Notes: generated by a model from the sequence alone, not told the origin. Shown: positions 14,807-25,595, counted from the first letter of the stretch. The stretch: 64,000 nt of DNA from Octopus sinensis (GCF_006345805.1 NC_043001.1:117490001-117554000), one strand, 5' to 3'. Program-made: numbers and translations.

Positions 14807-15739
14807 CATACACATATATAGCACACACATACATAAATACAAACATGCTTCCATGCATGTGCGCGCGCGCGCGTATTCTTTCGACCTGCTTAAAGTATCA
14901 AAGAAATTTCATTCGAAAGACACACTTCTGATTTCACAAAAGGACGGACGAGTTGAATAAATTTCTGTTAGAAAATGCCTAAAAATGATGAAATGGTCAC
15001 GGCTGGAACGCGTGCGCGATCAGAAATGACCCAGCATAAACAACAACAACAACATCATCAAGAACAACGATGACGATAATAACGATAAATTCCTTCCTTT
15101 CCAAACCTGTCCATAAAACAAGTCGAGGCACACGCTTAGGCAAACGTGTGTGTGTGCGCATGCGTGCGTGCGTGCGTGCGTGCGTGTATGTGTGTGTGTG
15201 TGTGTGCTTGCGCGTGTGTTATGCACGTGCTTGTGTTTTGATCTTATTGAGCTGTTCATAACTTAAATGGTTAGTTTTCGTATGAATGATTACATTGAGA
15301 AGATAAATTAGTTGTGACAGTTCACATTACTGGAGACACTGTGACACCGAAATAATTGCAGCCTGAAGAGCACGTGTGTTCAAGATATACTTGTGATAGA
15401 AAGCTGAACTGTGACTGAGAATTATGGTAAGTTTTAATTTGTTTTAATTAATTTATATTTCTGTTGATGTCATCGTCTTTCTTGATCAGAATTAATCATC
15501 ATGCTGATGGCTTTATGCTAATAGATTTTTATTTATTTATTTCTCATTAAAGGTGTGATTTTAATTAGTTATTATGTTAGCACAGTCTTAACTAATAAAC
15601 TATAGTAATGTTCATTGTAAAATTACTATAGGTCTTGTCTGTTAGACACTGGTCGAGAAGAGCGATTTGGTAACATTAAAATACTGTAGCAAGGAAGTGA
15701 CAAGAATGATTGTAGAAACATGCAACGAAAATGATTCTG

Positions 15740-16555
15740 AAAACTTTGGATATATATATCAGAAGACAGAACATATTATGAAAAGGTCCAAAACTACAAT
15801 CAGCAGAAAATAATCAGAAACTTAAAATCCATGTTAAACTTATACAGAGAAGGGCTCACGGACAAGGAATACGACAATATGACCAATTTCATAAGTAAAT
15901 CCAGTCAAATCTATGGTATTCCTAAGATACACAAAAGTGAGAAAATAAGTAACGCAAGCAGGATAGCCACAGGCATAATAACCAAAGTCCCTACTCCTAA
16001 TGACAACTCAATATCCACGACCTCAGACATCCCAAATTAAAGAAGGATTTACAAACAAAAGCCCTACCCTACATCGCCACACACAACCCTCTTAACGATG
16101 AATATATCGACACCATCCTCCAAAACATTCCCCTACTATAAAGAGACCACAGAATGAATTTAATACTCCAAACGCACACCATCATAAAAAGCCCAAATCT
16201 ATGATAAGTCTGCTAACACTGAAGCCGTCAGTAAAAACATGCGGAAGACCGAAGGTATATGCGTCGATCTAATTGAGGGATCAGAGTTCTCTTTCAAACA
16301 GGGTCAACGTTTCACAGTTAAAAGCAACTTTACATGTGCTTCGGAGAACCTGATATATGTATCAACCTGCTCTGGGTGTCGAGAGCAATACATAGGCCAA
16401 ACGAAAAGCAGTCTACGTCAAAGGATGGCTCTCAACAGATCTCAGATCAAAATTCCGAAAAACAGAAAAATAGCATTCAGCGAACACATCGACATTTGAG
16501 CCAATAGCAAACAACCAAGCCTCAGAATCTTTCCCTTCTATCAATTAGAAATTCT
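15740..16555 (+). mobile_element. Penelope-like element remnant (pre-RT region joined to GIY-YIG endonuclease; RT core deleted)
   Basis: IYGIPKIHK (PLE YGLPKIHK motif), ALPYIATHNP, and ORF 16239-16499 FTCASENLIYVSTCSGCREQYIGQTKSSLRQRM (GIY-YIG). Confidence 0.85.
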
Positions 16556-16640
16556 TGCAGGTTCCCCGCTACGTCCGTGTGTAGGTATCAAGTGACAATA
16601 TTTGTCAACGTAAGATAAGGCTAGCACGGTTGACTAAACA

Positions 16641-16745
16641 AGTCATGTGACTATCCACTACCAATCAAATCCTATTCAAAACATATACTAATTTGAGCCA
16701 TGAACTCTCTATAAAAACAGGGCAAACTTCAAACACTAGTCAGAA
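16641..16745 (+). promoter_or_regulatory. Candidate Pol II core promoter: E-box, CCAAT, TATA, initiator
   Basis: AGTCATGTGACT 16641-16652, CCAATC 16661-16666, TATAAAAA 16710-16717, and CTAGTC with A at 16738 (28 nt from the TATA start). Motif match only. Confidence 0.45.
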
Positions 16746-16910
16746 GCAAGACAGCTTCTTTGGTCGTCGAGTCGTTTGATTCCCTATTAGTCGCTTCATG
16801 TAAGACGCTTGTTGTTTAATTGTTGAAGGTCTACTTTACCTAATTGTTGAGTTGTTGAAATTGTTGAATTATTGTTCGTTACCTGTTGATTTTTGTTTTC
16901 TTTCCCATTT

Positions 16911-18250
16911 ATGGGTGAAGTCGTTAATAACGACGTTATGGAGAGTCAACCAATTGCAGCAGGCAGTTACGCTGCAGTGGCTGAGAAAAGTTTGACGGCA
17001 GATATCTTGCAAGTAAGATAAAATTCAACTGGAGGAGAAAAATTTTAAGAAATACAATGAATTATTAAGAAAGGAAGGAGACAGCCTGAAGCTGACATCG
17101 CCCAAGAAAATTATGGAAAAGACAGAAAAAAGGACAGTAATATACAGAACGATGTCTATGGCTACAAAAAGAGTTGAAATAGCTGCAGCAGAGGTAGTCG
17201 AAGAATGCTTGAAAGAGATTAAAAGCCTCACTACGTATTACACCAGAGGCAAGAAATATGGCACTGTGAAGGTACGCTTCGCGAGCGAACTAGAAGCGAT
17301 AAAACACTCCACTGTGCCTTAGAGATCCACTGAGTGGGTACTACTGTCAACCTACTGTGGCAAACCGACGGTGGCAAACGTGCGGCCAGAATTAGGATTG
17401 GTAGAGTGCCCCTAGAGATTGAAGAGGCATGGCTGGTAGCAGCCATCCTCTACAACACAGAGAAGGAGACTAAAACCCTCAAAATTACAAGAACAGCAGA
17501 GGTGGACTGGTGGGGATACGGCCTTGAGGTGACGGTCCACATCAGTTTACCAGACCTCCACAAAATTGCAGAGGAATTAGTGTTACTGGACGAGACGATG
17601 CTAAGATTTATAGTGGAGGGAAGACTTCCCATATGTTTTCAGTGTGGAGTGCGGGGACACATTAAAGCAAAGTATCCACAGAAAAAGGGAAAGAAAACAT
17701 GGAGGAGAATCAATGCGAAAGACCAGAGATACTAAAAAGGAAAATGACGGAGGAGAAAACAGGTGAGCAGAAAGGAAAGGAAGAGAGACGAGAGATAGCA
17801 ACAACAAAGAGTAAGTGAGATACAGAGAAGGATGAGACACCAACACCTGGAACATCAGGAGAGAATAACGACGGAAAACGGGAGTGGGTACGAAAAGGCA
17901 AACACATTCGAACGATGATAAACTGCATAGATACAGAGAAGGATGAGACACCAACACCTGGAACATCAGGAGAGAATAACGACGGAAAAGGGGAGTGGGT
18001 ACGAAAAGGCAAACACATTCGAACGATGATAAACTGCATAGATACAGAGAAGGATGAGACACCAACACCTGGAACATCAGGAGAGAATAACGACGGAAAA
18101 GGGGAGTGGGTACGAAAAGGCAAACACATTCGAACGATGATAAACTGCATAAAGAGTGTAGAGATCGAGAGAAAGAGTACAAAATTGAAAAATGTAATTA
18201 GAGTCAAGTTATCAGGGAGGCAGAGTACCGAGGACGATGGGGCGGTCTTG

Positions 18251-18307
<57 letters not shown>

Positions 18308-18472
18308 GGGGGGAGAGAGAGATGTGAAAGGTTAAAGGAACTATTTGGTGAACAAATTGAAATAACGCCGTTACAGGCTCGATACAACGAGATGCCACTA
18401 GGGGTGGTATTTGAGGATATAATGCAGTTTTTATATAAGAAAGTAAGTAAAAATGATTTTAAAAAATCGTGA
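16911..18472 (+). pseudogene. Tx1/L1-type ORF1 (zinc-knuckle nucleic-acid-binding protein), disrupted
   Basis: MGEVV...GSYAAVAEK; ORF pieces 17113-17322 and 17334-17735 with CFQCGVRGHIKAKY (CCHC with last C lost). Contains an in-frame 37-codon repeat and a (GA)n tract; ends ...KNDFKKS*. Confidence 0.8.
17819..18151 (+). repeat. 111-bp tandem repeat, 3 copies (37 codons each)
   Basis: GATACAGAGAAGGATGAGACACC starts at 17819, 17930 and 18041; the copies are essentially identical. Confidence 0.97.
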
Positions 18473-18567
18473 CGTATATTTGCCATTTAAATATGGCTAA
18501 CCCCTAAGGGTGGATGCTACTGTAGTTTGTAGCCCCAGGAGGACACCTCCCCCAGCTGGCTATAGAC

Positions 18568-18766
18568 ACACTTTCTGTGCCCTATCAGTATTTGCAAAGG
18601 GAAGCCATCATTCCCGTCTCCAACTTATGATACACACGGACTCGAGTTTCTGGATATTGACCCGTCATCGGCGTATGACAATCACAGTTGTCGATGAAAA
18701 GTAGGTTCCCTTCGCAAATGCATATCCTTTTTCCAGTATCGTAAAGACACTGATATCGAAAAGTGT
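18568..18766 (+). ncRNA. Candidate structured RNA module in the 3' region of the ORF1-only element
   Basis: Nested complementary pairs: 18568-74/18760-66, 18583-89/18749-55, 18590-603/18706-19 (13 of 14), and 18665-69+18677-81/18688-97. Confidence 0.5.
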
Positions 18767-18977
18767 AAACACGCAATAATAAATCTTAGAGCGAGTTATA
18801 AACAGTAGCTGCAACACATCGTTTATTACTAATGACTTTTTTTTAGGGAAAAAGGAAAACAGTTACAAAACAGAATATTGAACTGAAAGTTAAACGATAG
18901 ACATAAACAGTAAAACGAAACTGCCTGCTTTGGCGGGCGGCTAAGTTATTTCATCTCATTATTGTTTATTCATAAGG

Positions 18978-19362
18978 GGAGGCGCAATGGCCCAGTGGTT
19001 AGGGCAGCGGACTCGCGGTCATAGGACCGCGGTTTCGATTCCCAGACCGGGCGTTGTGAGTGTTTATTGAGCGAAAACACCTAAAAGCTCCACGAGGCTC
19101 CGGCAGGGGATGGTGGTGATCCCTGCTGTACTCTTTCACCACAACTTTCTCTCACTCTTACTTCCTGTTTCTGTTGTACCTGTATTTCAAAGGGCCGGCC
19201 TTGTCACTCTCTGTATCATGCTGAATATCCCCGAGAACTACGTTAAGGGTACACGTGTCTGTGGAGTGCTCAGCCACTTACACGTTAATTTCACGAGCAG
19301 GCTGTTCCGTTGATTCGGATCAACCGGAACCCTCATCGTCGTAACCGACGGAGTGCTTCCAC
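18978..19362 (+). mobile_element. tRNA-derived SINE, full length
   Basis: GGCGCAATGGCCCAGTGGTTAGGGC (A box), GGTTTCGATTCCC (B box); 3' tail shared with the SINE at 5299-5619. Confidence 0.9.
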
Positions 19363-19771
19363 ATTTATTCATAAATTCATCCGTTATATGTTTTGTGTAT
19401 AGTTTTGTCTGTGTTTGTATCGTCCCATCTTTATAAGAGGCCTTGTGCCTAGTAAAAGAAATGAAGACAGCTTTGCTGGTGTTCAGTCATTCTGTTTGCG
19501 GCTAAAGTTAGTTAATATTGAAATTGTTGCCTTTTCGCAAGATTTGTTATTCGCCTGCTTTTAAGAGTTCGTTAAATTGTGTTTGTGCTTTCCCGAAAGG
19601 GAAACGTGGTTTAAAAATTTTACTTGGTTTTAAATTTTGTGAACTGTTATCCTCCCCCAACGGGGGATGCATATAAAAATTGCTTATTTCTGTGAATTGT
19701 GTTCCGTTGCGGAACAACTTTGAAAAATATTGTTTCTACTGTTTAATAATTTTTGTGAAAAAATATATATT

Positions 19772-20993
19772 TTGAAAACGTCTTCAACTGAAGAAACATG
19801 AAAATTGAATTTTGCCGCCGCTGTTGGCGGGTCTGAAGCGATAAGTCTGAAAAAGGAGGATATACAAGCATACTTCGGTATGATAACTGAGGAAAACGGC
19901 GAAAGTAGGATTAATCTACCGAACAAGTTAATCAACAAAACTAGAAAAAAACCCCAATTATTTATAAATCTTATGACACATTAGAGAAGAAATTTGAACA
20001 TTTTGAAGAGAGCGCCGTGGAAAAGTGTCTTGGGTCGGTATTAAGTCAAATAAAATACCTGGCCCGAGGCCCTAGATTTGCGACGGTAGAAGCTAGGTTC
20101 GAGTCTGCAAAGAAGGGGAGTTCTCGACTTTGCAGAACGGCAAATTAATTCTCATACCATTATATTTGGGACGAAGGACATCCCGAATAAAAATAAAAAA
20201 CATTCCACCAGAAGTCGAGGCAGCGTGGATCGTGGCCATCATATTGTTCGGAAGAGAGAACAAGATAAATATTATACAGATCTCTAGAGACGCTTCGCAA
20301 AACTGGCGGGGGGCAAACTCTGGAGATCCTCGCGCAGGCCACGAGCACCGATTTGGAAAGTTTTCCAGAAAGCATACTTATTGGTGAGGAGACTGTGTTG
20401 GCGGTTCACGTTGGATGTCGACGACCAAGGTGCTTCAAGTGTGGCAAAATAGGCCACCTAAGATCACAGTGCTCCACCAAGAAAAAGAAAAATGAAGAGG
20501 GAGAAAAAGACGAAGAAAACGATGAAGAGGCGTCGCCACCAGCCAAGGAGGCTATTACCGAAAAGACGACCGCCTCTACCAGTAAAGAAGACCAAGCAAA
20601 ACCAGCCGTGACACCGTCTGAAGAAGTCATGGAATTTTAGACGATATCGCAAGACCCAAGAGGCGGCTCCAGAAAGCAAAGCAGCGAAAAAAAAAACACA
20701 AGAAAAGGAAAAAAAACAAAAGAACCAAAGAAGGGGAAAACGAGACTGGCAAAAAATCGACGTAGCTTAGAAAGCGGATAGCTTTTAGAAATAGTAATAA
20801 ATACTTGGAGTGGGTGATTGCACCCGACCATCAAATGGTGCTGTACACTAACAGTGACAGTAGAAGCCCTGTAACGATAGGGAAAATTTCGAAACAACTA
20901 TATATGGACTTGAAAGAGAGACATCCTCAAGAAATAGCGCAGTTGAACAAGCTATCGAAAGTTTTTAACCCGCCGGTAGAGCCGTTCTTATAG
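19772..20993 (+). pseudogene. Tx1 ORF1 (CCHC zinc knuckle), frameshifted
   Basis: LNFAAAVGG; LGRRTSRIKIKNIPPEVEAAWIVA; RPRCFKCGKIGHLRSQCST; K/E-rich tail (ORF pieces 20130-20387, 20353-20640, 20805-20993). Confidence 0.8.
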
Positions 20994-21090
20994 GAGGAGG
21001 GGAAACCGGTCTCATTCATACTGAAATCGATTCAACTCGAAAGCTGAAAAGAGCAGGTAGGCTCCAATTTTCTTCCTTTTTGTTTCTGAC

Positions 21091-23540
21091 ATGGTTATGC
21101 TACGCAATAGTTGTTTAAATGTTCGTGGCCTGGACTCGAAGAGGAAGCAGGCTTGTTTTCTCGACAACCACAGGTCACACAGAATTGATATGATGGTTGC
21201 TACAGAAACCAAGCTGGACAAGCTGCAGACCTTCTCAGCTCTCCTGACTGGTTATGAGAAAATCATGTCTCCTAGTCGGACAGTGGGGAAGGGAGGTGTT
21301 GTGGTTTTGTTCCGGAAAAGCTTGGCTTTGCAGACACGTACGATCTCCGTGGACCCAGAAGGCGAATCGGTGTTTCTGGATCTGACATACAGAGGTAAGG
21401 CATTCAGGCTGGTTGACATTTACGCACCTAGCACGCTAGGCAAACGGGAATGAGTTCTATCGACGTCTGGAGAATTTTCTGGTGACGTCAAGGACAATAG
21501 ATTTGTTAGGAGATTTTAATGCTATTCTCGATGCACACTTGGATAGAATAGGCTCAAACGATAGGAAATGCAGCTCATGCCTCGTCGATCTGCTGAAGTG
21601 ATTTAGGATGGCAGATCGATACAGACTTGATAACCCGAGCGTTCCAATGTGGACTTGGATTAATAGCGACAGATCAATCACATCTTACATAGACAGGATT
21701 ATAGTTAATGCTAGAGATAAGTCTAGTTTTAGCAGTCCACAGTTTACCTATGTACCCTACACGGATTAAAAATTAGTGACGTGTGGGTTTTATATAGATA
21801 AGATCCATAGACAGGGATCTGACTATTGGAAGTTGAACAAGTCCCTATTTGATTGCGAAACTTACCGGAGCCAGATCAAGGTGTTAGTAATGCGGGCAAG
21901 AACCAGCGCCGTGTTAAATAACCGGTGGTGTAGGGCCTCAAAAGAGCCATTCAACTTGAGTAGACTAGATTTAGCAAGCAGTTAAGTCTAGAGCAGACTA
22001 GGGTAGAAAGGGATTTAGTTAAGGTGTTATAAGAGGCGCCGAGAATGGGCTCTGCACCCCAAGTTTTGGCGGCGAGATCGGTCTTGGACCGACACCTCAA
22101 TGCCAAACGCGAAGGATATAGAGTTCGAACTAAAGTATATGCACTGGATCGCGAGGGTATCAACGTTGCCAGGCGGGTTCGTTCGGTAGAAACCCAATGT
22201 GGAGTGGATGCTGTGATAAGGTATGTGATTAACGAACATGGACAGGAGATCGAAGGACAGGAGATGTGCAAGGCCTTTCACGAGCACTTTGCTACGTTGT
22301 TCGGGTGAAGCGGGACGCTGGATCATGGAGATGCCCTCCGGGATTTCCTGGTCGGCGGCCCGCGTCTTTCGGCGCGTGACGCTGAGCGCTGTGAAGGGCC
22401 GATTACGGCAAAGGAGGTTATATAGGTGCTTTCCGAGTGCCCCGGGAAAAAGCCGCCGGGATTGGATGGCCTACCGTACGAATTTTATAAAAGTATGCCA
22501 GACTTGTTCGGGAACATACTGGCCAATGTGTACGCGAATTGGCAACAGAATGGGAGAATTCCCAAATCTGTGAGCCGAGGAGTGGTGACACTGATCAAGA
22601 AGGACCCGAGCAAGGGGGATGACATTAATAATTTTTGGCCCATAACTCTACTAAACACAGAGTTAAAGATTTTGGCCAAAGTGCTAGCCAAGAGAATGAG
22701 GATTGTCGTAGGCGACCTGGTGGGAGAGGCACAGACATGTGCCATCCCACGAAGGACGATACATGACAATCTTCATCTCATTAGCTACACCACAGAGAGG
22801 GTTGGTAAAGTTCCTGGCAAAGGTGGGTACTGGTGAATTTGGACCATTCTAAGGCATTCGATAGGGTCGACCATCGATATCTGGCGGCGGTCCTCCGGGC
22901 GATTGGACTTGGCCCGACTTTCCGAGGTTGGAGCGAAGCTTTGTATTGCAACATCGAATCTGTCATCCGGGAGAATGGGTTCTTCTCGAACCCGTTCGCA
23001 ATCGAGCGTTCGGTTCGCCAGGGCTGCCCCCTGTCCCCACTCCTGTATGCATTGGCTCTTGAGCCACTGCTGCGGAGATTGGGGACTATGGGAGTAGACT
23101 CACGTTATCTGAGTTACGGTAGAAGTGCGACGGCATATGCGGATGATGTTACCATCATCGTGTCTGATGAAGGGCAGCTACCTCGTGTAGAAAACGCCAT
23201 CAAAAGATTCGAAGCGGCGGCAGGGGCAAAAATTAACCAGGAGAAATCAGTCGGCTTGCAACTCGGTACCTGACGTGGCAAGTCGATGCCTCCCAGTTAA
23301 ATTGCTCGGAATCTGGTTTGGACCAGATCACCAGTTGGAGAAAAACTGGAGCGAGGTGAGGAGTAAGGTGATGACCAAAACCCAGACCTGGTCTGGGAGG
23401 ACGTTTTCCTTGCTAGGAAGTGCCGAGGTTGCTCAGGTGTTTATAGCATCTGTAATAACCTCCCGCCTGACCGTTGTGCCTTGCCCTGGTTTCTGGCTGA
23501 CCAAGTTGGAATGGATCCTTTTCCGTTTTTTTGTGGACAC
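21091..23540 (+). pseudogene. Tx1 ORF2 (APE endonuclease + reverse transcriptase), multiple stops and frameshifts
   Basis: SCLNVRGL...VATETKL...IYAP, GDFNAILD (APE); PGLDGLPYEFY, PITLLNTELKILAKVLA, DHSKAFDRVDH, SVRQGCPLSPLLY, AYADDV (RT). Confidence 0.92.
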
Positions 23541-23552
23541 GGAAAACGCTTA

Positions 23553-23683
23553 TATTCAACCCAGTGCTCAACTGGTACTATTTTATCGAACCCGGCGACA
23601 TTTGAACTCAGAACGTTAAATTGGAAGAAATGCTGCTAAGCATTGCTTTTCTGGCAAGGTAACGATTCTGCCAGCACGTCAAC

Positions 23684-23685
<2 letters not shown>
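23553..23685 (-). mobile_element. SINE fragment (family of 14102-14481)
   Basis: 'cccagtgctcaactggtactattttatcgaacc...atttgaactcagaacgt...ctgccagc' is the reverse complement of the SINE body and head. Confidence 0.75.
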
Positions 23686-23744
<59 letters not shown>

Positions 23745-23747
<3 letters not shown>

Positions 23748-24970
23748 CTTCCCAGAGCCCAAGGAGGTCGAGGCCTGATCCAATTTGAACTAGCTTACAA
23801 AACAACCACAATTGGACTGGCCAAATATCTCGAAATATCGAATGACTGGATGCTAAAGCTCGTGGAAAATCACGAGAGACGAAAGAAGCTTCATTCTATC
23901 ATCAAGGAAAGCAAAAAATTTGCTATTGATCTCGTGCAGGATACCCAAACTGAACAACCCGAGGGAAGTACGGCAACTATTGTTGCAAAGAAGGTGAAAA
24001 TGATGGCAATGAAAAAAGCGCACGAGCAATTGGCTGATAGGTGGGAGGAGAAACCTCTGCACGGCAAATATGTGACCCGCAGCAAACAAGCTGATGTTGA
24101 CCAGAAGCAAACCCATCAGTGGCTGCGGAGCTCAGGGCTAAAAGCAGAGAGCGAAGGTTTCATCCTGGCTGCTCAAGACCAAAGCCTATTAACCCGGAAC
24201 TACCAGGCCAATGTGATGAAAAATGGAGCAGACCCAAAATGCCGATTCTGCAACGACATGATTGAAACAGTGGACCACCTAATCTCTGGATGTAAAGTCT
24301 TAGCACCACTGGAGTATAAATTAAGACATGACAGAGTTGGCCAATATCTCCACATTACAATATCAAAACTGCCGACAAGTGGTATAATCACCACCCTGAG
24401 GCTGTAACTGAAGGAGAAAATGTAACGATTCTGTGGGACTTTCCAGTACATACAGACCGAACCATCAAGGCCAATAAACCAGATATTGTTATGAAAGACC
24501 AAAACAATAAAGTTTGCTTATTGATCGACATGAGCATCCCCTGTGATCATAATATCTCAGCGAAAGAGTTTGACAAGCTCAGAAAATATAAAGACCTACT
24601 CATTGAAATTGAGAAAATGTGGCATCTCAAGGCGGTTACAATAGCAGTGATCGTAGGAGCACTAGGAATGATCAAGAAGGGAACCGAAAATTATATGAGA
24701 ATGATCCCTGGCTTACCATCCCTGCAAGAAGTGCAAAAGATTGTCTTAACTGGTACATCACACGTATTGAGAAGAGCATTGTCGATGTGAGAACTGTTGC
24801 TGCTCATGCATTTTAATTTAACTTTAAAAAAAATAAAAAATTTAAAAAAATGAACGAACTACTGAGTTTGGTTTAATGGCCTACCAATATACACTATGAG
24901 TTTCTTTGCCCTAGGAGTCGGGAAGACACTCGGCAAGAAATGGAAGAAAATTTGAAAGAAGAAAAAAAAA

Positions 24971-24971
<1 letters not shown>
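23745..24971 (+). mobile_element. 5'-truncated R4/Dong-type LINE (zinc knuckle + RLE) inserted in (TAA)n
   Basis: YLPRAQGGRGL; WEEKPLHGKY; LKAESEGFILAAQDQ; CRFCNDMIETVDHLISGC; ANKPDIV...LIDMSIPCD...KEFDKLRKYKDL...VIVGALG. (TAA)n at 23686-23745 and 24972-25040. Confidence 0.93.
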
Positions 24972-25040
<69 letters not shown>

Positions 25041-25042
<2 letters not shown>

Positions 25043-25595
25043 GCTCTGATGCAGTACCAGGCAGTGACTCTCATGGCTTCTGATCTTAACTGATTGGAAG
25101 TGTTATCATGTACATTGTTTTGTCTTGGTATAAAAGATGGGCTACAGCAAATATTCTGCTCAATACCACAGATTTGCTTGTCAGTTGTTTGACCTTAACC
25201 AGTTGAGCATGTCCCTTAGTGGCTGACGATATGTACATCTCTGATCACGAGCAGAAGTAGTGGGGAGCATCATAGCCATGTGTTGAGAGGGATTCTTTGG
25301 GGTTTGAATAATTCACCTCTGGAAACATGGGTGGTTCTTTCAACATCCTTAAACAACCCTTATTCAGGGACCTTTTGAGTGGGATGGGCAACTCAACCTG
25401 AAGAAAATTCTAACTGGGTCCCACCTGCAAGGTCATGTGCTGTTTATCTTGATATGAGATCACCATGTCGCGCACATATGGTTGTGATGCATGTGCCTGG
25501 TGTACCCTTATCAGACGGGTAGTCATGATGGGTATATTGGGCTTCGTATGTTTTATCCCTGTGTCACTTTGATGGTATGCACTGCTCTCTCACTC
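25041..25595 (+). mobile_element. ~555-bp non-coding retroposon-like repeat ending CTCTCACTC-(AAT)n, longest copy
   Basis: Four related copies in the window share the 3' end and (AAT)n tail but have different 5' starts. Confidence 0.75.

Larger units (their letters stand above)
16738..18785 (+). mobile_element. ORF1-only (half-L1/HAL1-like) Tx1-related element
   Basis: A ~170-nt leader, a disrupted ORF1 with a CCHC knuckle, no APE/RT, and a 3' region ending in AATAATAAA at 18775-18783. ORF1 is homologous to the ORF1 at 19772-20993. Confidence 0.6.
19483..23540 (+). mobile_element. Tx1/L1-clade non-LTR retrotransposon (5'UTR, ORF1, ORF2), 3'-truncated
   Basis: Starts at TCAGTC; ORF1 with CFKCGKIGHLRSQC; ORF2 with APE and RT motifs; breaks off at LFRFF into a SINE fragment. 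Confidence 0.9.

Noticed and set aside
18978-19055. tRNA gene (also at 5545-5619 and the heads of the 49.8, 54.3 and 55.7 kb repeats)
   Set aside because: A/B boxes are present, but there is no complete cloverleaf and each continues into a SINE body.
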